A DNA stretch of 24,000 nucleotides from Alteromonadaceae bacterium 2753L.S.0a.02 (GCA_007827375.1 VISH01000002.1:1366045-1390044); one strand, 5' to 3'; numbered from the stretch's first letter, positions 9,029 to 17,956 are shown. Program-made: numbers and translations. Notes: generated by a model not told the origin, from the letters alone.

Positions 9029-11851
9029 TTATTCGAGCAAGGGTTTTAAAAATCTTCCTGTATGGGAGTTGCGTTTTTTCGCAATTTGCTCCGGTGTTCC
9101 CTCGGCTATAATACTACCGCCGCCGCTGCCGCCTTCCGGGCCGAGATCGACGATCCAGTCGGCGGTTTTTATTACATCAAGATTATGCTCAATAACAACT
9201 ATGGTGTTGCCGTGGTCACGGAGTTTATGTAGAACCAATAGCAATTGCTGAATGTCGTGAAAGTGTAAGCCTGTGGTTGGCTCATCAAGAATATATAGGG
9301 TTTTTCCAGTGTCGCGTTTTGAGAGTTCTCGACTCAGCTTAACACGTTGCGCTTCTCCTCCTGATAGTGTCGTGGCCGCTTGTCCGAGTCGGATGTATGA
9401 AAGACCGACATCTATGAGTGTTTGTAGTTTTTTTGCGATAGCAGGTATCGCATCGAAAAAATCACGGGCGTCTTCCACAGTCATTTCGAGACATTCGTGA
9501 ATATTTCTCCCTTTATATTTAATTTCCAATGTTTCACGGTTGTAGCGCATACCCTTGCAAACATCGCATGGCACGTATACGTCCGGTAGGAAATGCATTT
9601 CAACTTTAACAACGCCATCGCCTTGGCAGGCTTCACAGCGACCACCCTTTACGTTGAAGCTGAAGCGACCAGGTTTATAACCGCGCGAACGTGCTTCCTG
9701 CGTACCGGCGAATAGATCGCGCATTGGGGTAAATATGCCCGTGTAAGTGGCGGGGTTGGATCGAGGGGTTCTGCCAATTGGGCTTTGATCGATATCGACA
9801 CACTTATCGAGGTTTTCAAGTCCTTTGATATTGCGGTACTCTGCAGGTGTTAGTGTGCTCGCTTTATTCAATGCCGTAGCTGCTAAGGGGTAAAGGGTTG
9901 CGTTTATCAATGTGGACTTTCCTGAACCCGAAACCCCAGTTATACAGGTCATAAGACCCAGCGGAATGTTCAAATCGACATTTTGGAGGTTATTACCTTT
10001 GGCACCTTCAAGCCGTAGAGTTTTGTCCACTTGTGCTTTATGGCGAATTTTAGGCACCGGGATTTTTTTACGTCCACTGAGGTAGGCGGCTGTCAGCGAT
10101 TTTTTATTCTTTTCGATTTGTTTATAAGTTCCTGCTGCAATGATTTCACCGCCGTGTACACCGGCGCCAGGGCCAATGTCGACAATATAGTCTGCGGTGC
10201 GTATTGCATCTTCATCGTGTTCGACCACAATCACAGTATTGCCGAGATCCCTTAGATGGGTGAGCGTTTTTAATAGGCGGTCATTGTCGCGCTGGTGCAA
10301 ACCAATTGATGGTTCATCGAGAATATACATAACGCCAACCAAGCCAGCCCCGATTTGACTGGCGAGCCGTATGCGTTGTGCTTCGCCGCCAGAGAGCGTA
10401 TCGGCGCTGCGGCTTAAAGTGAGATAGTTAAGCCCAACGTTGTTGAGAAATTTATAGCGATCGCGAATTTCTTTAAGGATTTTTTCAGCAATTTCCTGTC
10501 TAGAGCCGCTAAATGCTAATTGCTCGAAATATTCACACGCATCAGCAACTGGCAAGTCGGTAATCTCGGGAAGCGTTTTTTGATCGATAAACACGTGACG
10601 AGCATCTTTCTTAAGTCGAGCTCCACCGCAACTGGGGCATTTCATGGTTGAAAGATATTTGGCGAGTTCTTCGCGAACAGAGTTGGAGTCGGTGTCTCTG
10701 TAGCGGCGCTCCAGGTTGGGTATCACACCCTCGAACGCATGATTGCGGTGGTAAGTATCGCCGCGATCATTAACGTAGCTAAAATCAATTTGCGCACCAT
10801 TGGAACCGTAGAGAATCACTTCTTTGTGTTTTTTAGCGAGTCGTTTCCAGGGTTTGTCGACATCGAAGCCATAGTGTTCCGCAAGCGACGTTAGCATGTG
10901 GAAGTAATACAGATTGCGTTTATCCCAACCACGGATGGCACCTTCAGATAATGACGATTCTGGAAACTGAACCAGCTTGTTCTCCGAAAAAAACTGTTTA
11001 ACGCCGAGGCCATCGCAAGTGCTACAAGCTCCGGCAGGGTTATTAAACGAGAATAAACGCGGTTCTAATTCTGCTAGTGAGTAATCACAAACTGGGCACG
11101 AATGTTTCGCGGAAAAAACTTGATCTTCTGCCACGCCATCCATATCGGCAACAATCGCAATGCCATCCGCGAGATTAATAGCGGTTTCAAAGGATTCCGC
11201 GAGCCGGATTTTAATATCATCACGAATTTTAAAACGATCCACAACCACTTCGATGGAATGTTTTTTGCGCTTGTCCAATTTCGGCGTATCGTCGAGGTCA
11301 ACCACCAAACCGTTGATGCGCGCACGTATAAAACCGTCGCGGCGCAAATTTTCGAATACGTGTAAATGTTCCCCTTTGCGCTCACGCACAATGGGTGCAA
11401 GTAGCATGGTCTTACTACCTTCAGGCATCGTAAGCACCTGATCAACCATTTCAGAAATTGTTTGCGCGGCTAGCGGCTCGTCATGCTCAGGACATCGTGG
11501 CTCGCCAACTCTTGCAAATAAAAGCCGCAGGTAATCGTAAATTTCGGTAATGGTACCTACGGTAGAACGTGGGTTGTGCGATGTCGATTTTTGCTCGATC
11601 GAAATCGCTGGACTTAAACCCTCGATGTGGTCGACATCGGGTTTGTCCATCATGGAGAGAAATTGACGAGCGTAAGTGGACAAAGATTCTACATAGCGTC
11701 TTTGCCCCTCGGCGTAGAGCGTGTCGAAAGCCAGCGACGATTTACCGGAACCCGATAAGCCGGTAATTACGATAAGTTTGTCGCGCGGCAATTCCAGGTC
11801 GACATTTTTTAAATTGTGAGTGCGCGCTCCACGTACAACAATGGTGTCCAC
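9029..11851 (-). CDS. uvrA: excinuclease ABC subunit A
   Basis: 940-aa ORF collinear with E. coli UvrA from [13 protein letters not shown] to ARFLKPLL. It has two Walker A sites ([18 protein letters not shown]), two LSGGEAQR signatures and Cys4 zinc modules (CPVC...CSTCDG; CEACQGDG...CDVC). The start is GTG. Confidence 0.98.
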   Translation of the reverse strand: MDTIVVRGARTHNLKNVDLELPRDKLIVITGLSGSGKSSLAFDTLYAEGQRRYVESLSTYARQFLSMMDKPDVDHIEGLSPAISIEQKSTSHNPRSTVGTITEIYDYLRLLFARVGEPRCPEHDEPLAAQTISEMVDQVLTMPEGSKTMLLAPIVRERKGEHLHVFENLRRDGFIRARINGLVVDLDDTPKLDKRKKHSIEVVVDRFKIRDDIKIRLAESFETAINLADGIAIVADMDGVAEDQVFSAKHSCPVCDYSLAELEPRLFSFNNPAGACSTCDGLGVKQFFSENKLVQFPESSLSEGAIRGWDKRNLYYFHMLTSLAEHYGFDVDKPWKRLAKKHKEVILYGSNGAQIDFSYVNDRGDTYHRNHAFEGVIPNLERRYRDTDSNSVREELAKYLSTMKCPSCGGARLKKDARHVFIDQKTLPEITDLPVADACEYFEQLAFSGSRQEIAEKILKEIRDRYKFLNNVGLNYLTLSRSADTLSGGEAQRIRLASQIGAGLVGVMYILDEPSIGLHQRDNDRLLKTLTHLRDLGNTVIVVEHDEDAIRTADYIVDIGPGAGVHGGEIIAAGTYKQIEKNKKSLTAAYLSGRKKIPVPKIRHKAQVDKTLRLEGAKGNNLQNVDLNIPLGLMTCITGVSGSGKSTLINATLYPLAATALNKASTLTPAEYRNIKGLENLDKCVDIDQSPIGRTPRSNPATYTGIFTPMRDLFAGTQEARSRGYKPGRFSFNVKGGRCEACQGDGVVKVEMHFLPDVYVPCDVCKGMRYNRETLEIKYKGRNIHECLEMTVEDARDFFDAIPAIAKKLQTLIDVGLSYIRLGQAATTLSGGEAQRVKLSRELSKRDTGKTLYILDEPTTGLHFHDIQQLLLVLHKLRDHGNTIVVIEHNLDVIKTADWIVDLGPEGGSGGGSIIAEGTPEQIAKKRNSHTGRFLKPLLE

Positions 11852-11883
11852 AGCTTGATCCGGTTTTAATGGGCGAAGAGCGG

Positions 11884-11889
11884 ATTATA
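11884..11889 (-). promoter_or_regulatory. candidate sigma70 -10 box (TATAAT) for uvrA
   Basis: Perfect TATAAT on the minus strand about 33 nt upstream of the uvrA GTG. The -35 is poor (GAACTT/TGAACT). Confidence 0.35.
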
Positions 11890-11942
11890 CGCTTCTGATA
11901 GTGATGAAGTTCAGCTCGACGATGGTATATTTCTATTGGAAT

Positions 11943-11971
11943 AAAAAACCCGGCGAAAAGCCGGGTTTTTC
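11943..11971 (-). terminator. rho-independent terminator downstream of the LuxR-type regulator gene
   Basis: Stem CCCGGC (11949-11954) / GCCGGG (11960-11965) with loop GAAAA. It is flanked by an A-run on the left and a T-run on the right, so it is U-tailed on either strand. Confidence 0.8.
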
Positions 11972-12037
11972 TAGATTTTTCCGCGGATGGAACAAATCGA
12001 TTTTCCTTGGCGAAGGAGCTTGAAGCAGGTTTGGGGC

Positions 12038-12700
12038 TTAGTCCTCAAGGTCATCCATATCGCGAACCCAGTTACTGGCTTCGAGACGGTTACGTACACC
12101 AATTTTTTTGTATACGTTATACAGGTGACTTTTAACGGTGTGTTCGCTCACTGATAAGGCTTCGGAAATGTCGGCGTTGGTTGCGCCTTCCTTAATCAAT
12201 TTCAGTATTTGTCGCTCTCTTTTTGTGAGTTTGACATTGGGTCGTTTTATATTTGTAGGTGCTTTACGATTTTTGTCGAGGAAGGTGTGCAACAAGCGCC
12301 GCGGCACCCAGAAGTCCCCATCAAGTAGACACTTTAAACCGCGAATCAATTGCTCCTGTTCGGTGTCTACATAAAACAAGCCAGAAACACATGGCCATTC
12401 CAATAGACTCTCTTGTTCGCTTTCGTACTCTGCATTGAGCAATGCTGCCGTTACTGCGTCGAAAGTGTCCTGAATCTCTCGCACATATTTGCTAAGTGTT
12501 TCCAAGTCTTGGCCGTTGCAGTCGATGAGCAATACCGTTGTGGTGTCGGGTATTGTGTTTAGCTCCCTATGAACACTGCAGTCGAGCGTAAGCTCATCGC
12601 CAATGAGCTTTGCCAGCAAGCCAGTTTGCAGGCTGCTGTTCGCCGAAAATAAAACGATCTGTTGACCTTGTTCCGCGGTGTCTGGTTCTGATAAAGACAC
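12038..12700 (-). CDS. VpsT/CsgD-family transcriptional regulator (atypical receiver-like N-domain plus LuxR-type HTH)
   Basis: 220 aa. The C-terminus KLTKRERQILKLIKEGATNADISEALSVSEHTVKSHLYNVYKKIGVRNRLEA is a LuxR/FixJ HTH. The N-domain aligns with CsgD/VpsT (WPCVSGLFYVDTEQEQLIRGLKCLLDGDFWVPRRLL vs VpsT LKGVFYIDDDMDTLIKGMSKILQDEMWLTRKL). GTG start, and no internal Met until the C-terminus. Confidence 0.85.
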   Translation of the reverse strand: MSLSEPDTAEQGQQIVLFSANSSLQTGLLAKLIGDELTLDCSVHRELNTIPDTTTVLLIDCNGQDLETLSKYVREIQDTFDAVTAALLNAEYESEQESLLEWPCVSGLFYVDTEQEQLIRGLKCLLDGDFWVPRRLLHTFLDKNRKAPTNIKRPNVKLTKRERQILKLIKEGATNADISEALSVSEHTVKSHLYNVYKKIGVRNRLEASNWVRDMDDLED

Positions 12701-13060
12701 GTTATTACCTGAGTAGCTAGGGGCACATCTGACTTTTCAGGCTGCGCCGAGGTGGTTATTTTTGTTATCTCTTCCGCCATTTACAGCAGAATCACAGATC
12801 ATTGTAACCCATATTTATCTTATGCAGTACCAAAAAGGATTATTAAAGGGGTGCCAAAACCATAAAATTCTCATTCTTAAGTGCTTAAAATTTACAAAAA
12901 TAAATATAATCACCTTTATAGATAGTAATTTACTATGCATAAATAATAATGCGTACCTTATCGTGTCTTCCAATAATTCTGAGTTTCTTCGGCTTGCCGG
13001 TGTCACAGGCTGGGTCGGACTGCTAGAATCTCGGTCTTTTTAAGAACAGGAACATTCGCT
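12701..13060. promoter_or_regulatory. 360-bp divergent control region with a strongly AT-rich core between the regulator and the MFS gene
   Basis: Non-coding gap whose core (about 12781-12960) is far more AT-rich than its flanks. It contains a perfect 15-bp palindrome ATAGTAA-T-TTACTAT (12922-12936) and TTAAG-TG-CTTAA (12877-12888). The short ORFs here have no homology support. Confidence 0.6.
13021..13029 (+). promoter_or_regulatory. candidate extended -10 promoter (TGcTAGAAT) for the MFS gene
   Basis: TG at 13021-13022 and TAGAAT at 13024-13029. A GTGTCA -35-like hexamer lies 18 nt upstream. The element is about 32 nt before the TTG start at 13061. Confidence 0.35.
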
Positions 13061-14404
13061 TTGCACCCACAGGTAAAAACCGTTGCTTCTTTATCCCTGC
13101 TATACGCCTTCCGCATGCTTGGCCTGTTTATGGTGTTGCCCGTGCTCATGTTGTACGGGGAGCGGTATTCCGGTGCCACCCCGTTTTTACTTGGGTTGGC
13201 ACTCGGCGTGTACGGGCTCACCCAGGCGGTGTTTCAAATTCCACTGGGCATGCTATCAGATATCTTTGGCCGCAAGCCCATTATCCTGATAGGTCTACTG
13301 ATATTTGCCACCGGCAGTCTTATTGCTGGCCTATCAGAATCTATTGAAGGGTTGATTTTAGGGCGGGCGCTGCAGGGGTCTGGCGCAATAGCAAGCGCAA
13401 TTATGGCAATGGTGGCGGACCTCACAACGGAAGAAAATCGTACTAAAGCCATGGCGGCCATTGGCGCTTCCATCGGACTTTCGTTTTCGATCGCGATGAT
13501 TTTAGGCCCCGCGATGGCGAGTTTTGGTGGTTTACAGGGTGTGTTTTTGTTTTCCGCGTCACTCGCGATTATTGGCGCGTTTATTTTGATCTTAATTGTT
13601 CCTACCCCACATCGGGTAGGTAACTCGCACCGCGATAGTGGTGCGATTCCGTCGCTGATTTTGCAAACCATAAGAAATGCACAACTGTTGCGTTTAAATG
13701 TGGGTATTTTTTCGCTGCATTTTATATTGATGAGTGTGTTCGTCGTGGTTCCTCCTCAGTTGGAAACTCATCTGGGTATTGCCAGAGAACATCATTGGTG
13801 GGTGTATCTCGGCTTGCTGGGCGGAGCTTTCGTGATCATGCTGCCGTTCATGTTGGTTGCAGAACGCAAACGTGTGGTAAAGCAGGTGTTTTTGGGCGCT
13901 ATTTTTTGTCTCAGCGTGTCCCTGGCGGTGCTTGCTGAATTTGAGCTCGCAGTGTTGGTTTGGCTGTTGGTGCTATTGGTGTTTTTCTCTGCGTTTAATC
14001 TTTTGGAGGCGTCACTTCCGTCATTGGTAAGCAAGCTTTCTCCGGCTGGAGCGAAGGGTACTGCGATGGGCCTGTATTCAACCAGTCAATTTCTTGGCGC
14101 GTTCGGTGGAGGTACCTGCGGTGGATGGTTATTGCAGAACTATACGTATAAGCAGGTGTTCGCCCTCGCTGCTGCTGTTGCGATAACCTGGTTGGTGGTT
14201 GCCATTTCAATGCGAGCCCCCAAATACCTAACAAGCCTGTGTGTTGCGGTGAGTGGCAACTTCAGCGCGACAATGGAGGTGTTGCAAGTCGAGGGCGTTG
14301 AAGAAGCGCTGCTCGTGCCCGAGGATGGCTTGCTTTATTTGAAGGTTGATAGTCGCGGGCTCGATCAGCAGGCCTTGGCACATCTTATTGGTAAAGATGT
14401 GTAA
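13061..14404 (+). CDS. yajR: MFS transporter of the YajR type, with C-terminal cytosolic YAM-like domain
   Basis: 447 aa, collinear by eye with E. coli YajR: FRMLGLFMVLPVL, GLTQAVFQIPLGMLSDIFGRKP (motif A), GRALQGSGAIA, NRTKAMA, EASLPSLVSK, SPAGAKGTAMGLYSTSQFLG. About 60 residues follow the last TM helix (EVLQVEGVEEALLVPEDGLLYLKVDS). TTG start with AGGA 8 nt upstream. Confidence 0.85.
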   Translation: MHPQVKTVASLSLLYAFRMLGLFMVLPVLMLYGERYSGATPFLLGLALGVYGLTQAVFQIPLGMLSDIFGRKPIILIGLLIFATGSLIAGLSESIEGLILGRALQGSGAIASAIMAMVADLTTEENRTKAMAAIGASIGLSFSIAMILGPAMASFGGLQGVFLFSASLAIIGAFILILIVPTPHRVGNSHRDSGAIPSLILQTIRNAQLLRLNVGIFSLHFILMSVFVVVPPQLETHLGIAREHHWWVYLGLLGGAFVIMLPFMLVAERKRVVKQVFLGAIFCLSVSLAVLAEFELAVLVWLLVLLVFFSAFNLLEASLPSLVSKLSPAGAKGTAMGLYSTSQFLGAFGGGTCGGWLLQNYTYKQVFALAAAVAITWLVVAISMRAPKYLTSLCVAVSGNFSATMEVLQVEGVEEALLVPEDGLLYLKVDSRGLDQQALAHLIGKDV

Positions 14405-14441
14405 TTCGGCACAAATACAAGCAGTAGCGCTCAAAAATCGC

Positions 14442-14447
14442 TAGAAT
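14442..14447 (+). promoter_or_regulatory. candidate -10 box (TAGAAT) for ssb
   Basis: TAGAAT lies about 45 nt upstream of the ssb GTG start. It is embedded in the 9-mer GCTAGAATC, which also occurs upstream of the MFS gene (13022-13030). Confidence 0.3.
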
Positions 14448-14492
14448 CGGATCGAACAAAACAAGTATTAAGCAAAAAAGCAGGAGGGCAAA

Positions 14493-14984
14493 GTGGCCAG
14501 TCGCGGTGTGAATAAAGTAATTCTGGTGGGTAACCTGGGGCAGGACCCTGAAACAAGATATTTGCCGTCCGGCGGAGCGGTGACTAACGTCAGCATTGCA
14601 ACTTCCGAATCCTGGAAAGACAAGCAAACCGGGCAGCAGCAGGAACGTACAGAATGGCATCGAGTTGCTTTCTTTGGTCGTCTTGCTGAAGTGGCCGGTG
14701 AATATCTACGTAAAGGCAGTAAAGTTTATGTCGAAGGCGCCTTGCGCACGCGTAAATGGCAAGACCAGCAGGGGCAAGATCGTTACACAACGGAAATCGT
14801 CGCCAGCGATATGCAAATGCTGGATGCCAGAGGCGCTCAGGATGGGCAGAATTACGGCGGCGATTACGGCGCTGCAACGCCACAACCTTCACGGCCAGCG
14901 CAGGCGCCCCAAGCCCAAGCGGCACCACAACCGCAGTCCCCTCCACCATCGATGGACAGCTTTGACGACGATATTCCGTTCTAG
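14493..14984 (+). CDS. ssb: single-stranded DNA-binding protein
   Basis: 163 aa. The N-terminal OB fold begins [23 protein letters not shown] Gly/Gln/Pro-rich linker follows, and the C-terminus has the canonical acidic tip DDDIPF. GTG start preceded by AGGAGGG. Confidence 0.97.
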   Translation: MASRGVNKVILVGNLGQDPETRYLPSGGAVTNVSIATSESWKDKQTGQQQERTEWHRVAFFGRLAEVAGEYLRKGSKVYVEGALRTRKWQDQQGQDRYTTEIVASDMQMLDARGAQDGQNYGGDYGAATPQPSRPAQAPQAQAAPQPQSPPPSMDSFDDDIPF

Positions 14985-15062
14985 TTGGTTCGTTGTTGGG
15001 CTAGGGGTGGGCGAAATAACTCTGTTTATCTCTCCGTTTGCCGCTGCATTTGAGGGTAATTT

Positions 15063-15947
15063 TTGAGTTATCGCATATTAATACGCCAACATACCGCTGA
15101 TCTCGCGAGATTGTTTTTGGCCGCTATGGAAGATTATCCTTTCGTGCTGCTAACGCCATCGGATGAAAATCTCGATTGGGAAAATCCAAAAGCCGTTGCG
15201 GGTTATGTTAACGAGAAGAGCCCAAATCTCGTTATAAACTTCAACGCGCAATACAATCGGGTAACAGAACAAGATCTCGCCGTGGCCAAAGCGTTGGCCT
15301 CGGTGAGCATGGCCCGTAAGTTACCTTTTCTTCAGTTGTCGTCGTTCAGGGTGTTTTATGCCGTTAACGATGATGCACAAGAATTACCAGAGAGCCCCGT
15401 GGTATGCGCGCCCGAGGCGCCTCTTTGCGTTCAGCTCGAAAACAGTGTCCTCGCCTCTGATGTCGCGCTCATACTACGTTTGCCCTGGCTTCTCGATGGG
15501 GTGAACGGCTGCCTGTTTGACGAAATCAACTCAAAGCTGGTGCGTGGGTCATTGGGGCCGGTGTCCGATTTTCACCGCTTGACGCTTGTGCACTCGCCTT
15601 ATGTAATACGTTGCCTTATTGCGATGATCCAGCAGATCTTTTGCGGAGCCAATAATTGGGGAGTGTTTCATTTGCGGGCTTCCGATTCATGTTCTGAGGC
15701 GGAACTTGTTGACACTATTGTTCGCATGATCCACAACGAAACCGGTTCAGAAACGCCGACGCCCAATGTGGTCGTGGGAAAGGATGAGGGGCGTTTGTTG
15801 GCTGGTGCTGCAAATCTCGCAGGTCGTCGGTGTACCGATGAGTTTGGAATACAATTTCCCTCATGGAGGCACGGATTTAAATCGCAAATTAAGCGCTGGC
15901 TGCACGATCAAGGCATGCTTCCCGACATGCGAAAAGTCGATCGGTAA
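15063..15947 (+). CDS. RmlD-like (dTDP-4-dehydrorhamnose reductase fold) protein with degenerate cofactor and catalytic motifs
   Basis: 294 aa, collinear by eye with RmlD: NPKAVAGYVNEKSPNLVINFNA vs NPKGVAETVRKLRPDVIVNAAA, GVFHLRAS vs GLYHLVAG, and C-terminal FPSWRHGFKSQIKRWL vs LPQWELGVKRML. The Gly-rich loop is replaced by IRQHTADLA, and the YxxxK position reads C-V-Q-L-E. TTG start with GAGGG 6 nt upstream. Confidence 0.6.
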   Translation: MSYRILIRQHTADLARLFLAAMEDYPFVLLTPSDENLDWENPKAVAGYVNEKSPNLVINFNAQYNRVTEQDLAVAKALASVSMARKLPFLQLSSFRVFYAVNDDAQELPESPVVCAPEAPLCVQLENSVLASDVALILRLPWLLDGVNGCLFDEINSKLVRGSLGPVSDFHRLTLVHSPYVIRCLIAMIQQIFCGANNWGVFHLRASDSCSEAELVDTIVRMIHNETGSETPTPNVVVGKDEGRLLAGAANLAGRRCTDEFGIQFPSWRHGFKSQIKRWLHDQGMLPDMRKVDR

Positions 15948-15955
15948 AAATAAAA

Positions 15956-15979
15956 AAAGCGCCATTAAAGGCGCTTTTT
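15956..15979. terminator. bidirectional rho-independent terminator between the convergent RmlD-like gene and fabB
   Basis: AAAGCGCC (15956-15963), loop ATTAAA, GGCGCTTT (15970-15977). An A-run lies upstream and a T-run downstream. Confidence 0.85.
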
Positions 15980-15998
15980 GGATATCTATAAACGCAAA

Positions 15999-17213
15999 TT
16001 AGTTTTGATATTTGCCAAATACCAAAGTTGCGTTTGTGCCGCCAAATCCGAAACTATTCGACATTGCCACATTGAGTTCTGCATCTTCGGCAGCTTTAAC
16101 AATGGGTAGCCCTGCAGCTTCTGGGTCCAGTTCAGTAATATTTGAAGAACCCGCCACAAATCCGTGTTGCATCATCAAAAGTGTGTAAATGGCTTCCTGA
16201 ACGCCGGTCGCGCCGAGAGAGTGGCCTGTGAGAGATTTGGTGGAACTGATTTTCGGCATATTATTGCCAAACACTTCTTTCACCGCCTTCAATTCAGCGA
16301 GGTCACCGACTGGAGTACTGGTGCCATGTGAATTAATGTAATCGACCGGGCCCTGAACCCCAGCCATGGCCTGGCGCATACAACGCGCAGCGCCTTCACC
16401 GGAAGGGGCTACCATATCGTAGCCGTCGGAGGTTGCGCCGTAGCCAACCAGTTCAGCATAAATTTTCGCTCCGCGAGCAAGAGCGTGATCGAGTGATTCA
16501 ACCACAAGGCAGCCGCCGCCGCCGGCAATGACAAAACCATCGCGAGTGACATCATAGGGGCGTGATGCTGTTTGAGGTGTGTCGTTGTATTTAGTAGATA
16601 ATGCTCCCATGGCATCGAACAGACCAGTTAGGGTCCAGTGTTCTTCTTCACCGCCGCCGGCAAACACAATATCCTGTTTACCGAGTTGGATAAGCTCCAT
16701 CGCGTTGCCAATACAGTGGGCGCTAGTCGCGCAAGCAGAAGATATGGTGTAGTTGACACCTTTGATTTTGAACGGTGTTGCCAGGCATGCGGAGGTCGTG
16801 CTACCCATGGTTTGGGTCACCCGGTAAGGGCCGGCGCGTTTTACACCGCGGTCGCGCATAATGTCGGCTGAGTCGACCACACTTTTCGTAGATGCGCCGC
16901 CAGAGCCCATAATAATGCCGGCACGTTCGCTCGAAACCATGTGGGGCTCAAGGCCTGAGTCTGCAATTGCCTGCTCCATGGCTACATAAGCGTATCCTGA
17001 GGCATCACCCATGAATCGTAATATTTTGCGATCAATACGTTCGCTAAGATCCAGGTCTATGGAGCCGGCAACCAAACTGCGAAACTTCATTTCCTGGTAG
17101 CTTTCGCTAAATGTAATGCCGGATTTTCCCGTTTTCAGAGATGAGAGTACGGTGTCTACATCATTTCCAATGCACGAAACGATTCCCATGCCAGTTACGA
17201 CAACGCGTTTCAT
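15999..17213 (-). CDS. fabB: 3-oxoacyl-ACP synthase I (KAS I)
   Basis: 404 aa. Active-site Cys in [13 protein letters not shown] and the two His residues in [10 protein letters not shown] and TGHSLGATG. Its length and its position immediately downstream of fabA favour FabB over FabF. SD AAGAGGA. Confidence 0.92.
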   Translation of the reverse strand: MKRVVVTGMGIVSCIGNDVDTVLSSLKTGKSGITFSESYQEMKFRSLVAGSIDLDLSERIDRKILRFMGDASGYAYVAMEQAIADSGLEPHMVSSERAGIIMGSGGASTKSVVDSADIMRDRGVKRAGPYRVTQTMGSTTSACLATPFKIKGVNYTISSACATSAHCIGNAMELIQLGKQDIVFAGGGEEEHWTLTGLFDAMGALSTKYNDTPQTASRPYDVTRDGFVIAGGGGCLVVESLDHALARGAKIYAELVGYGATSDGYDMVAPSGEGAARCMRQAMAGVQGPVDYINSHGTSTPVGDLAELKAVKEVFGNNMPKISSTKSLTGHSLGATGVQEAIYTLLMMQHGFVAGSSNITELDPEAAGLPIVKAAEDAELNVAMSNSFGFGGTNATLVFGKYQN

Positions 17214-17301
17214 AATTATCCTCTTGAAGCGAGTAAAGTGAATACAATTGTGCGATGTAACTTGAAAAAGCTCAATTGTATCGCTCTAGTGGGTGGTTTT
17301 C

Positions 17302-17826
17302 TTAAAAGGTATCTGTATTGGTAAATAATCCGACACGTAAATCCTTTGCGAAATAGATTTCTTTGCCATCGACCGCAACCCTGCCATCTGCTATACCCAT
17401 GATTAGTTTGCGTTCGATGACGCGCTTCAAATGAATATGATAGGTCACTTTGTGGGCAGTGGGCAGAATTTGGCCGGCAAATTTTACTTCTCCAGAACCC
17501 AGCGCTCGGCCGCGCCCGGGATTGCCTTTCCAGGCGAGGAAAAAGCCCACCAGTTGCCACATGGCATCGAGGCCCAAACACCCTGGCATCACTGGGTCGC
17601 CAGGGAAGTGACAGTCGAAGAACCATAGGTCAGGGCTTATATCCAGCTCGGCGATGATCTCACCCTTGCCGTACTCGCCGCCGGTTTGGCTGATGTGGGT
17701 AACGCGATCGAGCATCAGCATATTTGGCACGGGTAGCTGCGCATTGCCGGGGCCGAACATATCTCCGGTGCCACAAGATATGAGTTCGTCACGCGTATAG
17801 GATGAGTTTTGTTCAAATGATTGCAT
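17302..17826 (-). CDS. fabA: 3-hydroxydecanoyl-ACP dehydratase/isomerase
   Basis: The 174-aa product starting at ATG 17826 ([25 protein letters not shown]...) is collinear with E. coli FabA (172 aa). Active-site His is in [14 protein letters not shown] and Asp in [10 protein letters not shown]. The 250-aa ORF in the track is an upstream read-through with no homology. Confidence 0.93.
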   Translation of the reverse strand: MQSFEQNSSYTRDELISCGTGDMFGPGNAQLPVPNMLMLDRVTHISQTGGEYGKGEIIAELDISPDLWFFDCHFPGDPVMPGCLGLDAMWQLVGFFLAWKGNPGRGRALGSGEVKFAGQILPTAHKVTYHIHLKRVIERKLIMGIADGRVAVDGKEIYFAKDLRVGLFTNTDTF

Positions 17827-17956
17827 AAGCAAGAAGTTCCGAACGGGTAATGAGGTTATCCTCAGAAAAAGGCGCCATTCTACCCTGTAGGCTTGGCTTG
17901 TCCAGTATACCTGGGTTAAAAGCTCGAGTAGCCCGTAAAAAAGTGTCACCTGAATG

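Noticed and set aside
11895-11914. CTG-N14-CAG (CTGATAGTGATGAAGTTCAG) upstream of uvrA was considered as a possible LexA/SOS box.
   Set aside because: The gammaproteobacterial LexA box is CTGT-N8-ACAG (CTG-N10-CAG). The spacing here is wrong and the internal sequence is not AT-palindromic.
12762-13043. Short ORFs (93, 63 and 72 aa) lie within the AT-rich divergent region.
   Set aside because: Their translations are low-complexity and Ile/Asn/Lys/Leu-rich, as expected from AT-rich non-coding DNA. They have no SD and overlap each other on both strands.
14998-15011. The G-run cluster GGGCTAGGGGTGGG downstream of ssb was considered as a possible G-quadruplex.
   Set aside because: It has only three G-tracts of 3 or more, and a fourth is missing.
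14590-15066. ORFs of 119, 156 and 69 aa overlap ssb on both strands.
   Set aside because: They lie in alternative frames of the GC-rich, Gln/Pro-rich ssb linker. They have Arg/Pro-rich low-complexity translations and no start signals. ssb fully explains the region.
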